Source of the DNA: Toensbergia leucococca
Taxonomy: Eukaryota
Direction: 5' to 3'
Assembly: GCA_022813965.1 (NCBI GenBank)
Contig: JALDZS010000005.1
Location: 186,001 to 250,000, forward strand
Length of the DNA: 64,000 nucleotides
Of the stretch, positions 13,832-25,995 are shown piece by piece. Each line of letters begins with the position of its first letter. Position 1 is the stretch's first letter. A program made the translations under genes and the position numbers. The notes under the pieces were generated by a model, which was not told the DNA's origin, did no database searches, and saw nothing but the letters and a program-made list of their open reading frames with translations.

Positions 13832-13876
13832 GAGGGTAGGGGGAGGGGGAGGGGGGGGGGAGGAGGTTAAGGGGGA
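13832..13876 (+). repeat. G-run cluster (potential G-quadruplex), intergenic
   Basis: agggtaggggggaggggga, a 10-G run, then aggaggttaaggggg: at least four G3+ tracts. Confidence 0.5.
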
Positions 13877-15489
13877 TGTTTGTGATTGAAGGATGAAAGT
13901 ACCGGAGTTGATGTTTGTTGAATACAGAGGATTGTGTCACTGAGCTTGATGAAGAGAAGATGAGACAATTGTCATTTTTTGCAACTGATCCCAATTTTTT
14001 AAAAGAAAAATCAAGTATGAAAAGGGGGCTCAGGGGTGTGAATTGAATAACGTTTCAAATTCCACGTCACTCTCGGATACTCGGAGGTAATAAAGCGAGT
14101 TGAATTTAACTCAATGAGATGACAATGAATAAATATTTTATATATAATTCCAAGACAGAAAACTCCTAATTAACTTGTTGATAAAAAGCGGCTATTTATA
14201 TTTATATGGATGGCGGCGCACGAAAAATCGCTTCATGGACTCCCTGCACAATGAGGGCTGGTTGGTAACATGTGACTACAGATTGAATGAAAAAAAAATG
14301 GGTAGCCCGTTCGCGATGCCGTGCTTTAGACTTTGATTGGGCTGGGTGGTAGTCGGGTGAGGTGATGGGTAGTGAAGTTTGGCTGTTGTATGTTTTTTTT
14401 TGATGGGGTGAGTGGGAGGGTGATTGAGATTTTGCACTGATGGTTTTGAGGGGGAGGGGGGGGGGTTTGAGGTATGCGCTTCAGGGCGAGTGAGGGGTGG
14501 GTTTTGTTCAGGTGATAGAGTTACTTTTGTGGGGGATGTGGATGGAATGGGGGCTAAGAGTAAAGAAGGGAATATTGAAAAAAAGAAAGTGAGGATGAAA
14601 TTGAGTTGAAGAAAAGGGGGCCGGGCTGAGGCATGTGTTTCTAGGAGGGAGGGGACTGGTTTTGATCTGATGAAGGGGGAACGGGAGGATATGATTTGTA
14701 TGCTTTTCGAATGGTGATTTTGATGAGAGAATCAGTTTCTCTCATCATAGAATAGCTATACATGAGCTTTCAAAGTATCCCAGCCCCGAAATCGCAAGGG
14801 GTGCTCGAGGAGCGATGTTTTCTTGTCACTTGGGGGAATGGTGGCATGAGAACTTGAAAGAAGAGGCCGATGATTGAGATCTCTATGGATACTTCATTTC
14901 TTTCGAGCGTAGAAAATGGGGGGTTCTTTTGGTATCGTCCGTGTGTGGTTAGAGTCTTAGGGCCGTGTTTCACGCTGGAGATGAGTGAGGATAAATATGC
15001 TGTGATGTGAGGAGTGTGTGTGTTTCGACCTATCGTATGGTTTAAATGCTGGGAACAATTGTCGGCGATTGGCTGTTTTCTTTCCCGTTCGATGAGCAGA
15101 ATCAAAAGAATCATTAGTAGCCATTCAATCCGCCGGATGAGTGCAAGTAGCTGTGCAGTGGACGACGTAACGAGTGGAATGCTTGGCGCGGGAGATCGAT
15201 TCCACCCGCCCAATTGGGCCTCCCCTTGCATGCAAAAAACATGTACGATTGAGGGACCTGCTTCCGTCTCATGCAATGCCAGACACTGCATGCATATTTG
15301 AGCATGCACTGCGCACAAGTGGTAAGTGCCGATTAAAGCTATATATATATTGATGCTATTGAAGATCTCCTCAACATCATCCTCAGCTAATTATATTCAA
15401 GAACTTGTCCCCAATAATGCTGTACAACATCTCAACGCCAGACAATATACATTTCTTTAAAAAGCACATTTTGATAAGAACGCATCGCT

Positions 15490-17265
15490 CTAGTGACCTC
15501 CGATCTGGCCCTTGGGGATTGGTCGAATCCAGCTGAGGGACAAGTTGATGGCAATGGTGATGATGCCAATGATCCAGAACACCTTGCCGTAATCCTTGCC
15601 GTTGTAACGGAAGATGATGGCAAAGATGATACCGCCCAGGTTGCCTGCTGCGCCTGTACACCCAGAGATAATGCCTAAAGATCACGTCAGTGGAAGTTCA
15701 TAAATGAGATTAACAGCGTGGTGGAGATCCATACCGTTCGCGTGTGGGTGCACGTGCGGCACTAGGGAGTAGTTGGCACCGTTGCCACCCTCCAGGAAGA
15801 AGGCCATTCCAGCGATCAATCCAAACATGGTCGATTTGCTATGCGAGTTTGTCACTCCAATAGCAATAAGGAAGACGCCCGTGATAACGGCGTAAACATG
15901 GATGAGGTATTTCTTGCCCCACACCCCCGATCGCCGGTAAATGGCGTCCGAGAGCAAGCCGCCTGCCGGTCTGAACACGACGTTGAGAAGACCAAACATA
16001 GCTGCCCATCGCCCAGTCCCGGTTTGACCGAGTTTGGGAAAGTTCTTGAGGTAGTAAGCACCGAGGATCGAGTTGACCGACAGTTCAGTACCAAAGGAAC
16101 AGAAGTAACAGCCGGCGGTCACGAGTGTTTGCAGAGACAGTACAACCTTCATCGCTTCCTTGAGAGTTGGCTTGACCACAATTTCGCCCCGGGCAGTGTC
16201 AAGCATTTGCTGTTCGCCAATCTGGGCTTCATGATCAAAGCTACCAGTGGTTTTTCCAGTGGCGTTGAATTCCATCTTGCCATGTGTACTTTCGTGAGAT
16301 GGGCTCTCGGAGCCGGGGGATATTGCCTTTTTATCGCCAAAGTCGGTAGGAACATTGACAATGTCGCCAGTGACACCATGCGAAGCAAGGCTCTGCTGCG
16401 CATGAAGGTGACGCTCACTCCACTTCCCCGTAGGAGTGTCAGGGCAGACGAGAAGCAATGTAATTGCAGTAGCTGTGATGACAATGAAAGGCACAATGAA
16501 AGCGACTCGCCATGCAACATGTGGAGTAAGATGTTGATTCATGACCAAAGAGTCGAAGATTGCAGGCATCAAAAAGTACGTGATCCCACCTCCGGAGTTA
16601 CCGAAGCCCCCGGTAAAAGAATTGGCTGTGCCAACAATATTCTTGTCAAAGAAGCCTGTTGTCCACACCTGGCAAGGCACGAAACTACCACCAAGGATGC
16701 CGACAAAGAATCGTAAAGCCAACAAGCCCTTGGCGTTGGTGACTGCACCGGCCAACGCTGTGGGAATAGCACCGATTAGAAGACAACCTGCGAAGGTGTA
16801 TCGAGGACCATAGCGATCGCAAGCTGGTCCAGCTACCAGTCGGACAAGGAGGCTTCCCGCGAGTCAGTATATATAAGCTTATCTATAGACCCAAAGGTGC
16901 TCACGTGGCGACGAGGGCGATGATGTTAGAGTTTGCAATGTCAACTTGGGTAAGTTTAAGATCTTTCGCAATGGTGAGAGTCAACTATCATTCAATTAGG
17001 CCTTTCGTCTCGCAACAGATTTAAATTCGGTTTGGACATACCAATGGCGGAAAGGCATACCTGCATTTCTAATTAGTCGCATTCCCTATGAGATTGTGTT
17101 CAAAGAACATGCTTACCAAGACCAAAAAGCCACCAAGAAACCAAACCAAGCGAAGGTGAACACACGTCCATAAATGTTGATGGGGTTGAATCCAGGGATA
17201 GAACGTGCCTTTCGATTGACAGGGTTGACTTCTGGAGCCCTCCAGAGAGTTGTTATATCGTACAT
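15490..17265 (-). CDS. High-affinity nitrate/nitrite transporter (MFS, NNP/NRT2 family; CrnA/NrtA/NrtB-like)
   Basis: Start [60 protein letters not shown]; nitrate signatures GGFGNSGGG and [15 protein letters not shown]; ends [13 protein letters not shown]. Four introns, including a 19-nt exon at 17042-17060. Confidence 0.95.
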
Positions 17266-17485
17266 ATTGAAGCGGGTATTGAAAGTGAGAACTGCTCTTA
17301 GGGTTCAGACGAATATACTCCAGAGTAGATGCCTTCTGTTGCTATATGCAACTTGCTTATTTAACGAGAAGAGGTTGCAGGAAGAAAGGGAGGGTTCTTA
17401 TGGATGACCTCAGATGTGAGACTTCAATCCATGACTTGCATCTCCGGTTAAGCTTCAGCTACAAGGCCAGAGCCAAAGCAGTAAA

Positions 17486-18233
17486 TCCGCGGGTCAATCC
17501 CTTGGGTAGATCCCTTTTCGAGGGCGCTTGGACGACTACCGAGCAGGCTTTCCTGTGGGAATCATCAAAATGTAGATAAACGAGCAGCCGCTTGGCCAGA
17601 TGTGGATTTGACAGTATGTGGCACTGCAGAAAAACACAAGCACTGGCCTTGATTGAGCAAATGCCCTCAAAGCTTGATTGGTTAGGAGGACCCAGAGATA
17701 GGGAGTTGGGTAAGAAATGCGCGGAGGTATATGATGCAAGAAGCACGTCGTGGAGGTGCAGAGGCGAAGGAAGAGAAGTGTCTGGGTCTCGGCCCATTCA
17801 GGTCAAAATGCATAGTGTAGATGTTTGCCATGCCAATGTTGAACAAGTGACCAATTAGACTCCAGACTCGGTACTTCCCTTATCTAGAATTCCATTCGTG
17901 TCCAGATCGTCGGAGTCGATCTCCAGAGAGCCCTTGGCCTTATCGCAGCCCCTGATAACTCTGATAACCAAGATAACGTCCCACGCGCCTATCACCAACC
18001 ACCCTGCCACCCAAACGAAATACCTATTTGAAATTGAACCCACAACCTCTTGTTCTCCGCAGTTCCGCTTATCTTGACAAGTTGAAGTTATCGCAACACG
18101 AGCCTGATATTTAAGCCTGGCGACTGTTAAGCTTTCCACTTGGCTTCAATTCTGAAAAAAAGTGTCTTGTCAAGCTCACCGTCACACCCCAAGCATTTGT
18201 CCTAGTGGTCGAATGACTTGCAAGATCCACGGA
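17486..18233 (-). promoter_or_regulatory. Nitrate-transporter promoter: GATA (AreA/NIT2-type) cluster plus NirA/NIT4-like sites
   Basis: GATA cores at 17880, 17940, 17953, 17962, 17971, 17989, 18069 and 18088. TCCGCGGG at 17486-17493; TCCACGGA (= TCCGTGGA on the minus strand) at 18226-18233. Confidence 0.7.
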
Positions 18234-18636
18234 AATCTCTATTCCCTCGATGTTGTACGGAGTGTTGTCAAGCTGTCATCTAACTTTCATCGACGTGAAA
18301 ACAAGGTACGGGTAAATGACAACGTTAGTGAGGTATCTAGATGTGGTTAGGCACAAAACGGCCATAGTTCACTGGTTAAGGTAGGTAAGGTAGTACGAGT
18401 ATGTGGTATGGATTCGGAACTGGTGAAAATCGGCCTATGACTACAAGATCCTCTGATATCTTCCCAGTTTGTCTAGCACATAGAAACCCTCGTAGCCTTC
18501 TTACTACACTAAGGTAGGTCGTATGCTTTCTCGCATTCACTACCTACCTTCAACTTCGATGAACATGCTCGACGCTACAAATGCTTAATCGTATTGATTT
18601 CTATCACTTCATTCCTTTGAGCTGTACCTGGCCGGA

Positions 18637-20250
18637 TTACCAGCCTCGCCACCTTATCCAGACATCCACAATCTCGTCCTGGCGCTCTTCTGGGAGATTC
18701 GAGTCAACAATAAGATACCACCCAAAGCATGCTCCCGCAATGCACGCATGATTCGGCCAAATTCTAATCTTTTGTCCAACCTCTAAATCTGGAACATCGC
18801 TGCCAACAGATTCATCCACTGTCAAGATACCATGTTCTTGACTTATACGTCCGACTTTCCACCCGGACCGCCCTTTACTTTTCTTTGACAGTATGCCCCA
18901 TTCACTGACGATGCCCCAACCACTGTATGACTTGCAAGGTTCGCGACCCAATGCAAGCGAACCCGCTGCAATCAGAGCCTCTGAGCCGTCTCGATTATTA
19001 TATATACTTGCTACTTCGGCAATGACGGAAAGTCCGATATCTGTCAACGTCGAAGTTTGATGAGCTTTGTCCGAGGATGCTGAGGGGCTTGCGTGTGTCG
19101 CAAGCTGCTGCATATCCAGGATCGGATAAACGCCAGCATGAAGCTCAACTGAGTGTTGGTCGTTGGCTGCTGCAATACACCCATGGAGATCGTCCATCCG
19201 TTGCTGCATACGAGACGACTGGCTTTTGTTGAAATCTTCAATGAGATTCTTCACCGAGGTCGATGTTGGTGTTGCACCAACTGAGAGCACAAAGCGACGG
19301 CTGGACCTCCTGGACCCCAAGTTCTCAGCTACTCTCATTGCGCTATTTGCTGCTTCGATCAAGCCTTGAATCTCCTTCATCAACAGGGTCATTGCAGCAG
19401 ATTCTGAATCTCCATCATAACTATGGCCAGCGTGACTGTAAAACCCACAGAGCTCAGCACACCCAGACGGCTCAGAACTCAAGAATATCTTCCCTAAGAG
19501 TCTCGTGAAGTCAGAAGACTCTTGGGCAATGCCTGCCCTGTGGTATCCCGTGTCAACTTTGATGAGTAATCCCACCTCGAAGCCTGCAATGTCCTTGAAA
19601 GATTCAAGTGACTGTAGCTGGGTAGGGTGATCAACAAGTACGCTGATACTATTCGGACCTAGTTCTTTCCCTAACTGGGCCAGACGTTCGATTTGTGATG
19701 GAGGCAAAGGAACACCATAGAGTATCTACCAAGCTCATGAGATGATGCATGGCAACCAAGTAGACACTAGATGTTTTCGCACTCACGTTTACATCTCTTC
19801 CTTGACCTTTACATTCCAGGAGAAATCCAAGTAAATGTTCGGCTTCAGTGACAGTAGATACCACAATCCTCACAGGGCCAGTAGATTCACCGATTTGTAA
19901 TCGAGTGATCTCTGTCGTCTTTAACCCAACGAATCAGCCCACAAGAGGCTGTCCTCAAAAACGGCATTCAGTGCGACATGGAAGAGAAAGCTAACAAGAA
20001 CATCTTTCTGACATCAGGAGAGAAGGCCAGACACAAAAAAATGGAAATCATAATGTACCTTGTGTGTTTTGACATGCGGACGGAAGTCAACTTCAAGAGC
20101 TCGACAGGCTGTTAGCATTTGACTACAGTTCCTCTCAACGACAGCCTTGTCAAGTACTGCGGCAGGTAATGGGACATCTTGAAGATGTTTCCCAATAAAA
20201 GCAGCCTTCAGTGATTCGTAAGAAGGAGTAGGGTACAGGTCAAAGTCCAT
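18637..20250 (-). CDS. DSD1: D-serine dehydratase-like PLP enzyme (fold type III, alanine racemase N-terminal domain)
   Basis: MDFDLYPTPS..VPLPAAVLDKAVVERNC..FRPHVKTHK (PLP Lys); two introns; IKVDTGYHRAG; GFYSHAGHSY; VGATPT; ELHAGVY; RISQEHGIL and IWPNHACI (putative Zn ligands); ends WIRWRGW. Confidence 0.88.
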
Positions 20251-20794
20251 CACGATAGGCAGCTCATTTGAACCCTCGCCAAGACGAAGAGTCAGAAACC
20301 AGGACCGTGTGTAATTTTGAATCAAACCGTTGATTCTCCCCAAGATTTTTCTTGTGGTAATGACAAAACCAGGCGTGCGTCTGATTGGGCGACGTAAAAG
20401 GCGCGCTACTGTTGGTGATCTGCGGCCGAGAGCACCACACTATTCTACTCGTACCGTGGTGCAATGGCTGTGTAAATTTGCGGGACGACAGTCTACTGGA
20501 TTCCAACCTCTACGTATCCGGTACGCTCCTTACTGTCCATTGCTGCCAGTTGTGGCAGTGAGCTTCAGAATGCTCTTCTATCTAGTTGCCTCCCGTCGCA
20601 TCTATGAGAACCCTCGGCCCTCGTCTTCCATGACTTCCACTGGGGCGCTTGCAATATAAATTTATATCCCACCGACGCGTTCCAAATCAGCCAACAAGGG
20701 CTCCAAATTCGCCCTTCTGCGAATCGGAGTTTTTAGAGGTTGGAAGCCTTTGAAACGAAGGTGCGGCAATCCTTGAGAGCACATATAATACAAC

Positions 20795-23597
20795 ATGGTG
20801 ATCTTGACACCCGCAGAAGGCGAGTGGCTCTCATCAGCCAAAATGCCAGACCACAACGTTGGAAGTAAACAACAAGGCGAGATGGTTGACGAAAAGCCTC
20901 CAGCGCATCCTGTGCCGACCATGCAAGGCGCCTTTGAGGAGTCGATGTTGGAGACAATGAACGAGCTCGAGGAGCCCGAGTCAATCGACCGCTTTTCAAA
21001 GGCAGATTCTGTTAGTCGGCGCAAAATCTTACTTGAGCAGGAGCAGTATGAGAGAACTGTTGCAGGCCGGTGGAAGCAAAAGCCTGGGGAGAAGTTTCAT
21101 CCATTGTGGAAATTGGTAGCGCAGATATCATTTGGCATGCACCTGTTGCAACAAGGCTTGGCCAAGTCAGACGAAGAGGTCATCAAAATATTACAGACGC
21201 ACGTGGATGAGGTTGATGGATTTCTTGAACGGACGACCGAAGACTTCGATCTTGGCCAAGGCGACATTGACGAACGCATTCGTTATCTACGACTACCTCT
21301 AGAGCATGGCGAAGTATTTGACTCCATGCTCAAGGATCGAAGCTTTCGAACAGCCATTGTTGAAGGCAACGAGAAAATCGAACATATAGTTGATCGGACA
21401 GCGGCAGCTATGAAGGATGCGCTAAAGGATGTAACTAAGGGTCTGGTCTCAACGAGGGAGCTTGCAAAGTATTTGACGAGACTGGAAAAGACATGGGACG
21501 ATCGATCAGATGAACATAATTCAGTATACATGGCTATGATAGGCAACACCGAGGGCTGGACCAGGGCTTTCTTGACCCTGCAGCAAAAGGGTAGTACTTT
21601 GGGCAGAGCATTGATCCAGCTTGGAAGTATTGTAGGGGAAATGCAAAGAAGAGCAGGTGTTGCAAGTCGGAAAAATCTTGTACGTCCAGATACTGGGCCC
21701 AGGCGGCCTTCAGAGTGTTAGTTGGCTAATGTGTTGCTAGGTTGCCGTAAGGTCAATCGAAGGAAGGTATTTCGTGGAGCCAAAATCTGCTTCCGTGAGT
21801 CCTCAACAACCAATGTCTCCAAGATCCCCCAACAAACCTCTACCTGTGGCTCCTGCGATGGCTGGCGGTCCTCAAAAACGCCTGCAGAAAATGCCCAAGA
21901 GATCATCCTCGCGGGATATGCTTCAAGCTCAATCAAAATCCTCGCCCGGACAGCGTTCCATAACAGAAAAAGATGCCTCCCCAGCACAGTCCGTAAAACC
22001 AGTCAAACAAGCCAATGCCTCATCACCAGCGCAGTCATCGGATCAACCAAAAACCGTAACTCGTCGAGTGTCCTTTTCAGAACGGACGCGTTCGCTTACT
22101 AAAAAGCTTTCGTTCTTCAAAGACCGTGATGGGAATGAGCCATTAAAAGACAGTCCTTTGATACAGAAGCCTTCCTCTCGAGAGTCTCCAAACCACCGCT
22201 CGATTTCTCTCACGCCTTCGGCCGATGCTCCACCCCGCAAGACTGAAACTCAAAGCCCCATCGAATCTACGAAACCTCCCCAGTCCCAGTCATCAAATGA
22301 AGACGATTCTTTTCTACCAATACAATCTACGATTTCACCAATTATATTCCCATCGCCTTCGTTCAGACGTGCCCAATCGCCTTCACCTAGTCAATCAATA
22401 CAATCGCCATCTGATATCACAACTGTCATGATTGGCTTACTCGACGATTCAGAAGGTAGTATAAACCATGCTCATCCACTCCTGATGGATCGAAGATTTT
22501 CAAAAACTACTCCAGTAACTCCTGCAAGATCGACCGCTAGAGACCTTCCTCTTCGCCACTATCGTAGTCAAGACACACTCCAATCACAAGACCCCTCTTC
22601 AACACGCCAAAGCTCAGCTCCGGTCCCCCCAAAACGCACCAGCTCTCTCCGCAACAGTCCCACCGCCCGGTTCTCACCATTCCCTCAAATATCAGCCAAT
22701 TCTTCACCCCTTACCACGACTCTTTCGCCGCCTCCTGCTCAGTCCTCAGCGACTCCATCACCTCTTCGGGTCCCGTCGCGGCCACTCACAGCCATAGGTC
22801 CCAACCCCGCCCCCGAAAATGCCCCCAACAACGTCTCCACCCCTGCCCCCGCCAACGTGAATGCCAACGCTAACGCGACTGGCAACCACACCCACCACGC
22901 CTCCGCATCCAGTGCCTCCTCACTAGGTGCGACCCCTCCACCCATCATCCATCTCCCTGTCCTACCCCCAATATCGACTAGTCCCTTACTCTCCCTCTTT
23001 CCTACCTCCAATCACTCCCCCCCAACCACTCTTCCCAACCTTCAACCACGCACCCGCCACATCCCCCGCAACGACCTCCCCACAACAGTCAAACCCGCGT
23101 CTTCGGCCGCCTTAATCCAATTCCTATCCTCTAGCCCCCCCACCTCCCCCAAAACCCCCCGAACGGTACCCCCTCAAAGCGCCACCGCAGCCTCAGCCAT
23201 CTACCGCAAAACACACACGGAGCCTCTTTCCAGCCCCCCGCCCCCAGCCCCCGGTGGTGTCCCAAAGATCCCCCGAGACCTCACCCCTGAGAAAAAAGGC
23301 GGCTGGAAAAAAGTCTTCGCCGTTGTCAACCCGAGCCATAAGCGGGACGGCGGCAGCGGCAAAAGAGACATTTCCCTACCTGTGATCAAGATTGTGGACA
23401 AAAAAGCTGTCAAGGCTGAGAGGACAAAGAGGAAGGAAAAAAGGAGCGCTTCGCAAGGGGCTGCTGCGAGTGCCACTGCCATTGCTGCTGGTGCGAACGG
23501 GAATGGGACTGCCGCTACGACGACGGGGGAGGCCGGGTTTATGGGCTTGGGCAAAGATGGCGTGTGGATCAGTCGGAAAAATTTCTTGAAGACTTAG
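20795..23597 (+). CDS. Uncharacterised protein: helical N-terminal domain plus long S/P-rich disordered tail
   Basis: ORF 20795-21679 is joined in phase 0 by intron 21680-21740 (GTACGT..GCTAAT..TAG) to ORF 21741-23597. The start could be 20795 or 20843. Confidence 0.75.
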
Positions 23598-23880
23598 AGG
23601 TTCTTTTTTGGGGGGCTTGGCATGATTGCTTGGGTTTCGGGGACTTTTTTTTTGGATGTGTATGGGTTGGGTTTTTGGGTTGAGCGCGGGATGTACAGTA
23701 GCTGATATATACATATGTGGGAGCAGGTGCTTGGTTTTGCGTTTTGGCTGCTTACCTTGCTTGCGCTGTCGATACGCCAGTCATGAGATATGGGATTTTT
23801 TGACTTTCGTTTCTTAGTCTGGATTGGATTGGGGAACTCTGATTTTTAGGTTGTTTAGAGCTTGTAGATAATGAGATCGA

Positions 23881-23901
23881 TGCTGCTGCTGCTGCTACTG
23901 C
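23881..23901 (+). repeat. Short (TGC)n microsatellite
   Basis: tgctgctgctgctgctactgc in the gap between convergent genes. Confidence 0.6.
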
Positions 23902-24102
23902 TTGAGCGAAATTATTCGTTTCTCGTCTGATTGCAGTGACATTCTTTTATCTTTCGCACTTTTTGCATTTTTAAAAAATTCTAGTGTCGTACCGCTCTGA
24001 CCCATCCTACGCCCGCCTTGCTCGTTATTAACGCCAGGATTCTTTTCCAAAATGAATAAGTATCACTCCATTTTCCCCTTCTTCCAATTAAAGCCTTGCG
24101 TC

Positions 24103-25714
24103 TCATTTGCATCTCTTCTCCACAATCACAGGGCCGTGCTCATCGTATTCTTTTTTTGAGATCCACATCTGGACGAGAGAAAGTCAGCACCCTTTCTGGG
24201 GGCCACTCACGCCCGAATTCTGCATAATACGAGAAAAAACAAAAGAGAACTCACCTGGTGAAAAGTGCCCAAACTCGCCAGAATACTGCCGCCGATCCAG
24301 CTCGCAAACTTCCTCTCCGCAGTATTGCCTGGTGCAGTGATACGGAGCCGGGGCCCGGGATACAATGCCCCAAGTTCGAGTTGCAGCCGGTCGGAGAAAT
24401 TGTACAGCAGCGATGAGCCGCCTGTGACCACAACGTTTCCGAGCAGGTGCGGGCGGACGTCGATATCGACTTGGGACAGCGACGACTGGATCAGGGCAGG
24501 CAGAGTCTGGCCCGTCGGAGGAGCGGGGTTGCTGGGATCTGTCAAGGCCATTTTGGCATCGAAGATACCCTCCGCGGCACGATAGCGCTCGGCGCCAAAC
24601 ATTTGGTTCCAGCCATCGGGCATTTCGAACGGGCGCCCAGGAGTGTTCCGGGCGACTTCGTGGGGGGGTGTGCCTTGCAGGCCGAGGCGGCCTGAGGTAC
24701 TGGCCCAGACTTGGACGACGGATTCTTTGAATTCGGTCAGGATGCGCTCTTCTTCGAAACGGCGGAAAGAGGGGTGCGGGGCGGTGTTTGGCAGAAAGGT
24801 GCGGTACGTGGCTTGGGATGGCGCGCCGGCGTCGACAGGGATTTTGGATGTTATGAGGTAGTGCGGGGTCAGGGGGATTGGCGGTTGGGAGGTGGAGAAA
24901 AGGAGGCGGAGTTGGGAGGAGATGAAGTTTCCGGCTAGTGGGGAGCGTGCAACGCCTTTTTTCAGGATGAGGCCGTCGTGGACGGGGGTTATCGAGATGT
25001 TGGCGGCGCCAATGTCGACTACAAGGGCAGAGGGTTTGCCGGCGGAAAATCTGAAAGGAGGGTGAGTTAGCTCTGAGTTGGGGTTCGTGAGGTTGGAGAC
25101 CTGATGCGCACGCTGCTAGGACGCCGTTGCGTGCAAGCCAATATGCTGGGCAGCCCCAATTTTCCATGGCTATCTCAATGCCCTTCTCTCGATTTTTGCC
25201 AGAATTCCAGCCTGTTTCTGTCATGAGTAGAGGATTTTCCTCCAAGGGCTTCTCCTGGTCTTCCACGCCTTCCATATTCACATCCACATCACCGTTCGGT
25301 TTGTCATTTAGGCCATTAGTCATAGGGTTTCCGGGTCGTGCATTCGTAAGTCGTGATGTTATTGCATATTCCCACAAGTTTGTCGCTGTATCCCAATCTT
25401 CCACTGTGCCATCTAGGGACATGGGATTACCAATCGAAATGTTTGGTAAAGGCGTGTGTATTGAATTGTCCCCGAATAGTTGTTTTTTACTGGTGCCTGA
25501 AGGTATAATGCCGTAGTAGGAAGGGATGACGGATTTGGGCACATCCTCTCCTGCGAAGCCGGCGCGTGTAGTTGAATAGCCGGGGTCAAGAACAAGAGCA
25601 GAGATTTCATCTGTTGTCTGGTATAAGCGTTAACCAAATTTCCACGGTGGTGTACGTACCACCGCCATATTCAGCTGTAGAGGGGGCAATCGAGGTACTT
25701 TGTGCTGCGGCCAT
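24103..25714 (-). CDS. ARP4: Nuclear actin-related protein Arp4 (NuA4/INO80/SWR1 subunit)
   Basis: [18 protein letters not shown], intron, [38 protein letters not shown]; intron 25051-25111; [47 protein letters not shown], intron, [21 protein letters not shown]. Confidence 0.95.
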
Positions 25715-25995
25715 GCTGAGAGGTAGTAGTAGATTGATTGGGAAGGCCCCTTTTGTTTACGCCATGGCGTGTGTAGCGGCGAATTTACCAAAGAACTAAC
25801 ACACTTTAAAGAGAATCTTGCGTGCAATACTCCGTAACAATATGCTTGGTGTCGATCAAACTGTTGAAGCCGGTGATTGTTCCTGCAGCGGGTGACGATC
25901 CACCGAAGCTAGACGAGTAAGGAGCTTCAACGGCACCAACTTGACCCGTTAACAGTTGCATGGAGCTCTAGTAAGAGCATCAACTGTGAGATGCT

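Noticed and set aside
14000..15400. ORFs 14424-14609, 14770-15318 and 15014-15301, and repeated TGCATGCA-like palindromes near 15227-15310
   Set aside because: Low-complexity translations with near-cognate starts, no family motifs or convincing splice model; the palindromes are short enough to be chance.
15841..16716. 291-aa antisense ORF over the nitrate transporter (and many similar shadow ORFs)
   Set aside because: Antisense shadows of real coding sequence with no independent motifs.
24184..25542. Apparent frameshift in ARP4 (ORF translation turns to nonsense after VLAA)
   Set aside because: Explained by a 61-nt intron at 25051-25111 (GTGCGC..GCTAAC..CAG); not a pseudogene.
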